Positions 1-7,784 of a stretch of DNA of 64,000 nucleotides are shown in pieces. How positions within the stretch are numbered: the stretch's first letter is position 1; every line of letters starts with the position of its first letter. Location of the stretch: positions 174-64,173 of the forward strand of contig JAHBYA010000005.1 in NCBI GenBank assembly GCA_019636195.1, written 5' to 3'. A model generated the notes under the pieces. That model worked only from the letters and a program-made list of their open reading frames with translations. It was not told the DNA's origin and did not search any database. The position numbers were made by a program, and so were the translations under genes. This DNA comes from Planctomycetota bacterium (GTDB lineage: Bacteria > Planctomycetota > UBA8742 > UBA2392).

Positions 1-841
1 CCGCAAGGTCGGTCTGGCTCAGGTCGCCTGTGATTACGGCCTTGCTGCGGCGGCCAAGGCGCGTCAGGAACATCAGCATCTGCTTGGGCGTGGTGTTCTG
101 CGCCTCGTCCAGCAGGATGAACGCGCGGTCCAGGGTGCGGCCGCGCATGTACGCCAGCGGCGCGACTTCAATGACGTCGCGTTCAATGTAACGCTGGATC
201 TGCTGCATCGGCAGCATTGCCCCCAGGGCGTCGAAGATCGGCCGCAGGTAGGGGTTCACTTTTGCCTGAAAGTCGCCCGGCAAGAAGCCGAGTTTCTCGC
301 CCGCTTCAACGGCTGGGCGCACAAGCACCACCTTGCTTACGTTGCCGTGGATCAGCGCCGCGACGGCCATGCTGGTGGCAAGGTAGGTCTTGCCGGTGCC
401 GGCGGGGCCGACGCCGAAAACTACGCGCGCGGACTTGATGGCCTCAATGTATGCCTCTTGTCCCGGTGTCAGGGGCTTTGCGCCCTGCAAGCCCAGCGGC
501 GCGATTTCGGGTTCGCTGCCGGTGGGGTCTTCCATGTGCAGCAACGCGCTTTCAACGTCGCTGGTGCGAATCTGGCCGTACTTGCGGACTTTCTCGATCA
601 AGGTCAGCAGGGCGACGTATGCGTCAAGCACGCCCTGTTCTTCGCCGGCGATGCGCAGGTTGTTGTCGCGGGCGAAAATCTTGACGTCAAAGTGACCGCG
701 GATCATTTTCAGGTGGCGGTCGCGCTCGCCGAAGAGCGCGTAGCACTCTTCTTTGTCACGCAGGCGGATGGACTTTTCCATGTACTCCAGTGCTTCACGG
801 TGTTTTTCGCGCCCGCGCGCAAGCATCTTTCCCATGTTCAT
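1..841 (-). CDS. phoH: PhoH-like ATPase (N-terminal ~280 codons; C-terminus runs off the left edge)
   Basis: Reverse translation from ATG 841..839 gives MNMGKMLARGREKH.... It contains Walker A GPAGTGKTY and the segment LDEAQNTTPKQMLMFLTRLGRRSKAVITGDLSQTDL typical of PhoH/YbeZ. It is absent from the ORF track because there is no stop inside the window. Confidence 0.85.
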   Translation of the reverse strand, partial: MNMGKMLARGREKHREALEYMEKSIRLRDKEECYALFGERDRHLKMIRGHFDVKIFARDNNLRIAGEEQGVLDAYVALLTLIEKVRKYGQIRTSDVESALLHMEDPTGSEPEIAPLGLQGAKPLTPGQEAYIEAIKSARVVFGVGPAGTGKTYLATSMAVAALIHGNVSKVVLVRPAVEAGEKLGFLPGDFQAKVNPYLRPIFDALGAMLPMQQIQRYIERDVIEVAPLAYMRGRTLDRAFILLDEAQNTTPKQMLMFLTRLGRRSKAVITGDLSQTDLA

Positions 842-905
842 AGCTTACCACGCGTTGCAAGGTTTCTGCCACACCGGGGACCACAGTGTTCATGGTGTGT
901 GGAAA

Positions 906-967
906 GAGTTCCGGGTTCTGAGTTCTGAGTCAACTGCCAAGTCGCTGGAACCCAGAACCCGGAACTC
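906..967. repeat. Heptamer-periodic palindromic element (copy A) between phoH start and cdsA stop
   Basis: Sequence reads GAGTTCC GGGTTCT GAGTTCT GAGTCAA ... GGAACCCA GAACCCG GAACTC. The arms 906-920 and 953-967 are perfect 15-bp reverse complements. The left arm is visibly built of 7-nt units. Confidence 0.8.
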
Positions 968-1885
968 TCACGCCGGCCACAGCGCCAGCACGACAATCAG
1001 CAACGGCCCGGTCAGCATGAAGTTGTCCATGATGTCCATGACGCCGCCGAACGCCGGTACCAGTTGCCCGCTGTCCTTGATGCCCGCGGCGCGTTTAAAG
1101 CCGCTTTCCACAAGGTCGCCGGCCTGTGCCGCAATGCCGACAAACAACCCCAGCACCGCCCCGTACCACGGCTGAACGAGCAGCGGTTTCAACATGCCGC
1201 CCGTCGCCCAGTCGCCCCAGTACGCGATGCCCAAACCGCCGGCCGCACTGAAGATCAAGCCGAACACCGCACCTTCAATCGTTTTGCCGGCGCTGAGGTG
1301 CGGGATCAGCTTGTGGCGGCCAAACGCCTTGCCCATCAGGTACGCGCCCACGTCGCCCAAGCGGCTTGCCGCGAGCAGAAAGTACAGCAGCCATTCGCCG
1401 GTGTTGGGCACACGGCGGATCCACAAGATCAGCGCGATCGGGAAAATGAGATACAGAAACATGCCCAGGTTGTTCGTGATGCGCGGGGCAAGGTTGCTTA
1501 CGTCTTTGCTTGTGATGCCGATCAGCGGGTACAGCACAGCGACCAGCAGCGGGATCAGCAGCATGAAGTGCGCGGCTTCGCCGGGCAGGCGCACAATCGT
1601 GTCGGCCTGGCCGCCGGCCCACAGTTCGTCAAAGGCGCCAAAGCGGGGCGGCTCCGCGACCATCTGCACAAAGCAAAGCATGACGACGGCGGTAAACGCC
1701 AGCAGGCCCGCATCCAGAGGCAAGCCGCGAAAGCGGAACATGCGGGCAAGCTCATGGATGCCGCCCAGGGTCATGCCGATGCAAAGCGCGAAAAATCCCC
1801 ACGTAAAGCCGGCAAAGTGGTCCAGCGCCAGCACGCCGACCAGCGCAAAGAACATCGAAAAACCGAACAGGAAACGCTTACCCAT
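968..1885 (-). CDS. cdsA: Phosphatidate cytidylyltransferase
   Basis: 305-aa multi-pass membrane ORF. C-terminal signature: GKAFGRHKL..LSAGKTIEGAVFG...FKRAAGIKDSGQLVPAFGGVMDIMD. Confidence 0.9.
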   Translation of the reverse strand: MGKRFLFGFSMFFALVGVLALDHFAGFTWGFFALCIGMTLGGIHELARMFRFRGLPLDAGLLAFTAVVMLCFVQMVAEPPRFGAFDELWAGGQADTIVRLPGEAAHFMLLIPLLVAVLYPLIGITSKDVSNLAPRITNNLGMFLYLIFPIALILWIRRVPNTGEWLLYFLLAASRLGDVGAYLMGKAFGRHKLIPHLSAGKTIEGAVFGLIFSAAGGLGIAYWGDWATGGMLKPLLVQPWYGAVLGLFVGIAAQAGDLVESGFKRAAGIKDSGQLVPAFGGVMDIMDNFMLTGPLLIVVLALWPA

Positions 1886-1949
1886 CGCGCGCGGACGTTA
1901 GCAGCAACCGGCAGGGGTGGATAGTTAACGGTCGATTGTTGACCACAGC

Positions 1950-3266
1950 CTAGAGCCGCCCGCCGGTGACGATGCTGCCGTACATGTTCAGCAGCGGTCC
2001 TTGCAGCTCATTGGGTTCGGCGTCGATTACATGGACCCCGGTGCTGTGAATCCGGCTGAGTATCGTCTGGCGCTCCTCCAGCAGCGTCAGCGCGGCGAGT
2101 TGCCGGTATGCGGCGTCGGTGTCGGGCACGTCGGCGGCCACGGTCGCGTGATAGACGGGGTCGCGCATGGCGGCCACGATCGCCACGTGACGGCGTGTAA
2201 TCTGCGCGATGTTGCGTTGCAACTCCCAGCCTTGTGCCTCGTTGTCGAAGTCAGTTGCCAGAATCACCAGCGCGCGCCTTGGCAGCGCGTGGTTCAGCGT
2301 CACAAAGGCCGGCGTAAACGCCGTTTCGCTGTGGCGCGGCTTTACGCTAAGCGAAGCGCGCACGATCTTTGCCAACTGGCCGCTGCCCGCGCGGGGCGGG
2401 ACTAAGCTCTGGACTTCGCCGTCAAAGATGATCATGCCGCACAGGTCGCCGCGCTGCAGCGCCGCCGCCGCCACGCGCGACATGGCTTCCAGGGCAAGAT
2501 CGACCTTGCGCGTGTTGCCGACGCGCGTGCCCATCAACCGGCCGGCGTCGCAGGCCAGCATGATGTGGCGGCGGCGCTCCGGCACATAGCGGCGCACAGC
2601 CAGCTGGCCGGTGCGGGCGTAGGCGCGCCAGTCCACCGATTGGGGCGGGTCGCCGGGAACGTAGGGCGCAAGTGACTCGAATTCGCCGCCGCGGCCCACG
2701 CCGCGCGCGCGTGTGATGCCGGCGTCAGCGTCGCGGGCGGCCTTGAGGATCAGTTCGTTGCTGCGCAGGATTTCGACGCCGGGGATGACGGCCACGTTCG
2801 CCGGCGCCGAGACGCGCACAATGCGGCGCATCAGGCGCAGCGGGCCGACAATGACGGCTGTCGCCCTGTCCAGGGTAAAGCTGCCGCGCTCGTTGGCCGA
2901 CAGCTCGAACTTCCATTCTGCGATTTCGTCGGGCGCAAGCGAGTAGGGCAAGGCCACGCGCTGGCCGTCGAAACTGGACGGCAGGATGTCAAACACCGCG
3001 CCGGAAAGGGAACGCAACCCATCATTCTGGAGACCCAGCGTCATAATGAACGGCGTGCTGATGCCGACATCCGACGGCAGGTGCCGCAGCAGCGTCAACT
3101 CAGGTTTGCGGGGCAGGAACAGCGCGTCAGCGCCGATCACCACCAGCAGGCCGACCATGCAGGTGGCCCAGGGCAGCACCAGCGAATCATCCATAAGCAC
3201 AAACACGCTCAGCGCGATCAGCGCCAGCGCCAGGATGATCGTGATGCGCGTGGGCGAGTACCCCAT
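1950..3266 (-). CDS. DUF58 (vWA-like) protein, MoxR partner
   Basis: 438 aa with two N-terminal TM helices. Contains the ...PPQSVDWRAYARTGQLAVRRY... motif characteristic of DUF58. It starts 2 nt after the MoxR stop. Confidence 0.85.
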   Translation of the reverse strand: MGYSPTRITIILALALIALSVFVLMDDSLVLPWATCMVGLLVVIGADALFLPRKPELTLLRHLPSDVGISTPFIMTLGLQNDGLRSLSGAVFDILPSSFDGQRVALPYSLAPDEIAEWKFELSANERGSFTLDRATAVIVGPLRLMRRIVRVSAPANVAVIPGVEILRSNELILKAARDADAGITRARGVGRGGEFESLAPYVPGDPPQSVDWRAYARTGQLAVRRYVPERRRHIMLACDAGRLMGTRVGNTRKVDLALEAMSRVAAAALQRGDLCGMIIFDGEVQSLVPPRAGSGQLAKIVRASLSVKPRHSETAFTPAFVTLNHALPRRALVILATDFDNEAQGWELQRNIAQITRRHVAIVAAMRDPVYHATVAADVPDTDAAYRQLAALTLLEERQTILSRIHSTGVHVIDAEPNELQGPLLNMYGSIVTGGRL

Positions 3267-3268
3267 GG

Positions 3269-4276
3269 CTACCTCGGCGGCGGTATGCGCTGGATGATGT
3301 CGGCCAGGATCGTGTCGGTGCTCGTTCCTTCCATTTCGGCGGCGGCTGTGCGGTACAGCCGGTGGCGCAGCGCGCTGGGGGCGAGCTCGCGCACGTCGTC
3401 GGGCACGACAAACCCGCGCCCGTAGGTGGCGGCCAGCGCCCTTGCCGCGCGCAGCAGCATCACACCCGCGCGGGTGGATGCGCCGGCGCGCAGGTACGGG
3501 TGCTCACGCGTGGCGCGAATGATGGCCAGCGCGTAGTCGGCAATGTCGGGCCTCACGGTCACGGCGTACACCACGTTGCGCATGGCCATGATCTCGCTGC
3601 TGCCGAGCAGCGGCTTTTCAGACAGGCCCGAGAATTCGTCGCTGCTGGTGGGCGCGCCGTGCTGGCGAAAGATGGCGGCCTCGGCGCTCTCGTTGGGGTA
3701 ATCGATCATCAGCTTGAACAGGAAGCGGTCAAGCTCGGCTTCGGGCAGCGGATAGGTGCCCTCATTTTCAAGCGGGTTCTGGGTCGCGATCACGGTGAAA
3801 ATGTCCGACAACTCGTGGTCGTGGCCGTCGGCGCTTACAATGCGCTCCTGCATGGCCTGCAACAGCGCGGCCTGTGTGCGCGCCGGCGCGCGGTTGATTT
3901 CGTCGGCCAGCAGCAACTGGGTAAACACCGGCCCGCGCCGGAACTCAAACGTCGCCGAGTCAGGCCGGAAAATGCTGGTGCCGGTGATGTCGCTGGGCAT
4001 CAGGTCAGGCGTGAACTGGATGCGCCGGAACTCAAGCTGGCACAAGCGGCCCAGTGTGCGCACCAGCAGTGTCTTGGCTGTGCCCGGGTTGCCCTCAAGC
4101 AGCACATGGCCCTGCACCAGCATCGCGACCAGGATGTGCCGCACCACGCCCGGCTGGCCCTTGACCACAACATCGACGGCCTGGTCGATGGCGTCAGCGA
4201 AGCGCTGCATCTTGCGGTGGACGGGCTCGGCGGCGGGTTGCGCCGGCGGCGGCGTAGGCTGTTCGAATTCGTTCAT
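3269..4276 (-). CDS. MoxR-family AAA+ ATPase
   Basis: Walker A is LLEGNPGTAKTLL. Walker B/sensor region is LLLADEINRAPARTQAALLQAMQE. The length of 335 aa is typical of the family. Confidence 0.9.
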   Translation of the reverse strand: MNEFEQPTPPPAQPAAEPVHRKMQRFADAIDQAVDVVVKGQPGVVRHILVAMLVQGHVLLEGNPGTAKTLLVRTLGRLCQLEFRRIQFTPDLMPSDITGTSIFRPDSATFEFRRGPVFTQLLLADEINRAPARTQAALLQAMQERIVSADGHDHELSDIFTVIATQNPLENEGTYPLPEAELDRFLFKLMIDYPNESAEAAIFRQHGAPTSSDEFSGLSEKPLLGSSEIMAMRNVVYAVTVRPDIADYALAIIRATREHPYLRAGASTRAGVMLLRAARALAATYGRGFVVPDDVRELAPSALRHRLYRTAAAEMEGTSTDTILADIIQRIPPPR

Positions 4277-4303
4277 GGGTATGCCGGTTCCAGGTTTCAG
4301 TGC

Positions 4304-5584
4304 TCAGGTTTCTACTTCGGAGTGTTCCGTTTCGCCCGTGCGTTTCTGGTGCGCCACACGGCGCGCCACCGCCACCAGCCGTTCTTCGCTGCTGCCCTCC
4401 GCCATGCGCAGGAACTTGCCGGTGCGGCCCTTGATCACGGTCGTGCTGCGGCCGGCGCCCTGCACCTGCGCGCCGCCCTGCCCCAGCACAAGCCGTGAGC
4501 GCCGGACAATTCGGCGCGCGGCCTCGTTGTGGTCGCCCGCGCGCTGCATCATGCGGGCCAGCCCTTCAATCGCAAAGCGGCGCTCGGCGCGGTCGCTGCC
4601 TTCGGCTTCCCGCGGGCGCAGCACGGTCGCCTGCCGCCAGCCGTACAGCAAGAGCGCCGCGAAGACGCTGAGTGTTACCCACAGCCCCGGGGGCGTCACA
4701 GCCAGGTACTCAACGCTGGCGTCGGCACCGAAGCCGTGCATAGCTTCATCGATGATGATCGCGCCGCCGGGCGGCGTTGAATCCAGCAGCGACAGCGCCG
4801 AAACAGCCATGCCCGGCTCGCCCAGGAAGCGGTTGCTGAACACGTCGGGGTCGCTCACGACAATCAGCCCGCCGCGGCGTTCATACTCGTTGACGCGCAG
4901 GCGCACGGCCACCGCGTCGCCACGGTCCGTCCATGCCAGCACCTTCACCGTGGGCGGCAAATCCGCGAGGTCGGACTTGGGCACCAGCACCTGCACGGGC
5001 GAGCTCAGGCGCGTGTCCCAGGTTCGGCCTGAGCTGCCGGCTTCAAAGGTTACGGGCACGGTCTCGCGCACGTCGTGCTCAACCCGGAACCAGCGGCTGA
5101 CGCCGCTGTGGCCGGCCAGCTCGTCCAGAAAAACCGGCGGAAAGATGTACTCGTGCAGCACCAGGTCGTCGCCCTCTTCGCCCGCCGCGTGGTATGAGCG
5201 CTTGGGCAGCGCCAGCAGCACGCTGCTTGAGCGCGACCGGGCGTCTTTCAGCACGCCCTCAAGCTCGCCAGGATACTCCTCCATGAACTCGGGCCGCGGC
5301 TCAAGGATCATGAGTGTGTCGCCTGAATAGTCGTCAAACTCGGGGATCTCGAGCGTGGTGGATGAACGCCGCACTTCGCGCCCGTTTTCGCGCAGCAGAG
5401 CCACGAAGGCGTGGTGGCCGCCGGGGCTGCCGCTGTGGCTGTTCGTGAAATTGTCGGGCACCAGCGGCACGTCAAAGACGCCGACAATCAGCCACACGGC
5501 CGCCGCCAGCAGAAACGTGCCCATCAACACCACACGAAAGATGGTCTCACGGCGGGCGCCGTCGCGTTCGGGTGCGTCGCTCAT
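4304..5584 (-). CDS. DUF4350-like membrane-anchored protein
   Basis: The ORF runs 4304..5638. The likely start is ATG 5584..5582, which forms an ATGA overlap with the upstream stop. It has an N-terminal TM helix. The segment ...LIVVSDPDVFSNRFLGEPGMAVSALSLLD...IIIDEAMHGF resembles DUF4350. Confidence 0.6.
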   Translation of the reverse strand: MSDAPERDGARRETIFRVVLMGTFLLAAAVWLIVGVFDVPLVPDNFTNSHSGSPGGHHAFVALLRENGREVRRSSTTLEIPEFDDYSGDTLMILEPRPEFMEEYPGELEGVLKDARSRSSSVLLALPKRSYHAAGEEGDDLVLHEYIFPPVFLDELAGHSGVSRWFRVEHDVRETVPVTFEAGSSGRTWDTRLSSPVQVLVPKSDLADLPPTVKVLAWTDRGDAVAVRLRVNEYERRGGLIVVSDPDVFSNRFLGEPGMAVSALSLLDSTPPGGAIIIDEAMHGFGADASVEYLAVTPPGLWVTLSVFAALLLYGWRQATVLRPREAEGSDRAERRFAIEGLARMMQRAGDHNEAARRIVRRSRLVLGQGGAQVQGAGRSTTVIKGRTGKFLRMAEGSSEERLVAVARRVAHQKRTGETEHSEVET

Positions 5585-6441
5585 CGCAGCACCTCGCGCG
5601 GCTCGATGCTGTCCAGTTGCCGGCTGAAGTTCTGCCATTCGCCTTCATCGGGCGTGTGGCGCCCGTAGCGCACGCGCTCGATCAGCCCCAGAAGCTCGCG
5701 CACGCGGCTGCGCAGGCTTACCTCGCGCACCATGCGCAGCGCGTCGCGCCAGGTCTGCACGTCGGTGTCTTCGACGCAGCCGCGCCACCCGGCTTCCAGC
5801 CAGAAGATGCGGTAGCGCAACAGCGCGGCGCGGGCCCAGTCGTGGTCGCGCAGGGCTGCTTCCAGCTCGCGGCGGGCGACCGCGAGCGCGTCAATGAACT
5901 CCTGCCCGGCGTCTTCGCCCGCCGCTTCAGCTTCCTGCGTGGCGGCGGCGGGTTTGTCCTTGCGAACGGCCCTCTTCTTTTCGGCCTTGGGCTTGCGCTT
6001 GAGCTTCAGGCCGATCAGCGCCTTGATGATGAAAAACAGCGCCACGGCCGCGCCCGCGATCACGACAATCCAGAACACCACTTCTACCAGTTTGCCCAGC
6101 CAGCCCAGGTCAGCACCGGACCTGCTGCTTCCGCTGTTGTCGCCTCCGCTGCGTTCAGTGCGCTGGGGTCGGCGCGAGGGCGCGGCGTCGGCGGAACGGC
6201 GCGGCGTGGACTTTTCACGCCGCCAGCCTGAGCCGCCGCGTGAGTAGCCGTCTTCGCCGGTGGCTTCGCCGCCGGTGTCGCTGCCCACCTCGCCGGACGG
6301 GTCGCCTGCGTAATCGCGCTTTTCAATGCGATAGCCCTGATAATCCGGGCGCTCAAGAATGCGCCGGGCGCGCGCGTTCTGGTCTTGTGCGCCAAGGGCG
6401 CACGGCAACAGCAACAGCAGCGTCAACGCCGGCAGCCTCAT
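5581..6441 (-). CDS. DUF4129-like exported/membrane protein
   Basis: The real start is taken as ATG 6441..6439 (signal peptide MRLPALTLLLLLPCALGAQ), which overlaps the upstream TGA as ATGA. There is a TM helix mid-protein. The C-terminal region RDALRMVREVSL..LIERVRYGRHTPDE is DUF4129-like. Confidence 0.6.
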   Translation of the reverse strand: MRLPALTLLLLLPCALGAQDQNARARRILERPDYQGYRIEKRDYAGDPSGEVGSDTGGEATGEDGYSRGGSGWRREKSTPRRSADAAPSRRPQRTERSGGDNSGSSRSGADLGWLGKLVEVVFWIVVIAGAAVALFFIIKALIGLKLKRKPKAEKKRAVRKDKPAAATQEAEAAGEDAGQEFIDALAVARRELEAALRDHDWARAALLRYRIFWLEAGWRGCVEDTDVQTWRDALRMVREVSLRSRVRELLGLIERVRYGRHTPDEGEWQNFSRQLDSIEPREVLR

Positions 6442-7736
6442 TGGCGCCTCCGCGGCACTGGCACATTCGGCCTGCGCGGCGGCGAGGCTGGGCCCTGCTG
6501 CCAGCCCGGCGGGGGCGGCATTTGGGGGCCCTGCTGCCAGCCCGACGGGGGCGGCATTTGCGGGCCCTGCTGCCAGCCCGGCGGGGGCGGCATTTGCGGG
6601 CCCTGCTGCCAGCCCGGCGGGGGCGGCATCTGCGGGACCTGTTGCCAACCCGGTGGCGGCGGCATCCAGCCCGGAGGCGGCGGTTGCTGCTGCCAGTGCG
6701 GCTGAATGAACGGCTGGGGCTGGGGGGGGCGCACCACAGGATGACGGCCGCTGCGCCGGCCCTTGGGGGGCTTGTAGCCGGGCGGAGTGTAGCCCATGTG
6801 CGGATTCATGCGGTAGCGCATCATCTCGCCTTCTTCGATGCCGAAGTTGCGGGCCATCACGGCAAGGTCGTAGCCTTCTTTGCGACAGCGCATGTCAAAG
6901 TAGTACACGACGACCGGCGCGAAAAACAGCGGCAGCAGGAAGCCGTCCCAGCACACGCGAATCAGGTCGCCCGCCAGCGGTGAGCCGGCCTTGGTAAGCA
7001 GTAGTTCCTGTCCGATCCAGGCCGGCAGCGTCAGCAGGCCCGGCACCCCGGGCGCGCCCACCAGCAGCATGGCCGAAGTCAGCACGCCGAACAGCCGCAT
7101 CCGGTAGCCCTTGGTCAGGTACAGGCTGCGCGTGAAACTCTCGCCGCCAGTGCAGTCATCCAGCACCGTCACCGGCACGCAAAGGCCGCACGCGCCCGTG
7201 TACCAGCCGATCAACGGCACCCACCCGAACGCGAACAGCACCGCCAGCGCCACGCCGCCGGCCACGTTGCCGTCCAGCGCCGTGCCGGCTGGGATCGCGA
7301 AGCAGGCGATCGTGATCACCAGCAGCAGGATGACAAACAGAAGTGACGACCCCAGCACGTGTCCGCTGCGCGTGCCCAGCGCCTTCACCACTTCGCCCAG
7401 GGTCGGCTTTCCGCCCACATACACCCGCGCGGCCTGGTAGTAGATGCCCGCCGCGCCCACCGAAAACCCCAGCACGATCGCCGCCAGCTTCAGCAACCAG
7501 TAGTAGGCGGCGCGGCTGGTGGCCTCAAGCACGCTTTGCTCGGCGCGCGCCGAGTGGCCGACCCAGCCGTAGGGGTCAAACAGGAAGTACAGGCCCAGCG
7601 TAAGCACCAGCATGGGCAGGGTGTACGCGATCAGAAACCAGCGCACGAAGCCGACAAACGCGGACGCGTACAGGGAAAAGCCCCGCCCCATTACGTCGCC
7701 AAACGCCAGTGGTTTGAGATCAAAGGCCCGCCGCAT
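6438..7736 (-). CDS. Multi-pass membrane protein with Pro/Gly/Gln-rich repeat tail
   Basis: 432 aa with several hydrophobic helices. The C-terminal ~110 aa are proline-rich and include the PPPPGWQQGPQM repeats. It is the first gene downstream of the kinase on the same strand. Confidence 0.75.
   Translation of the reverse strand: MRRAFDLKPLAFGDVMGRGFSLYASAFVGFVRWFLIAYTLPMLVLTLGLYFLFDPYGWVGHSARAEQSVLEATSRAAYYWLLKLAAIVLGFSVGAAGIYYQAARVYVGGKPTLGEVVKALGTRSGHVLGSSLLFVILLLVITIACFAIPAGTALDGNVAGGVALAVLFAFGWVPLIGWYTGACGLCVPVTVLDDCTGGESFTRSLYLTKGYRMRLFGVLTSAMLLVGAPGVPGLLTLPAWIGQELLLTKAGSPLAGDLIRVCWDGFLLPLFFAPVVVYYFDMRCRKEGYDLAVMARNFGIEEGEMMRYRMNPHMGYTPPGYKPPKGRRSGRHPVVRPPQPQPFIQPHWQQQPPPPGWMPPPPGWQQVPQMPPPPGWQQGPQMPPPPGWQQGPQMPPPSGWQQGPQMPPPPGWQQGPASPPRRPNVPVPRRRQ
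6490..6669 (-). repeat. 36-bp tandem repeat x5 (four near-identical copies, one degenerate), in-frame coding
   Basis: The units start at 6490, 6526, 6562, 6598 and 6634 and read GGGCCCTGCTGCCAGCCCGGCGGGGGCGGCATTTGN. On the minus strand each unit encodes PPPPGWQQGPQM in the C-terminal tail of the 432-aa membrane protein. Confidence 0.9.
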
Positions 7737-7784
7737 AATCGCATTATGGCGACGGTTTCAGCCCATGAAAGGCCGAACTGCGGC

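Noticed and set aside
6442-6648. N-terminal extension of ORF 5581..6648 reading AAPAGLAAGPANAAPAGLAAGP repeats.
   Set aside because: It is the 36-bp repeat of the upstream gene read in another frame. A signal-peptide start (MRLPALTLLLLL) at 6441, with an ATGA overlap to the upstream stop, is a much better start.
6490-6669. Possible CRISPR-like or regulatory repeat array.
   Set aside because: The units are contiguous with no spacers. They are in-frame within a long ORF and encode a coherent Pro-rich peptide repeat. No cas genes are nearby.
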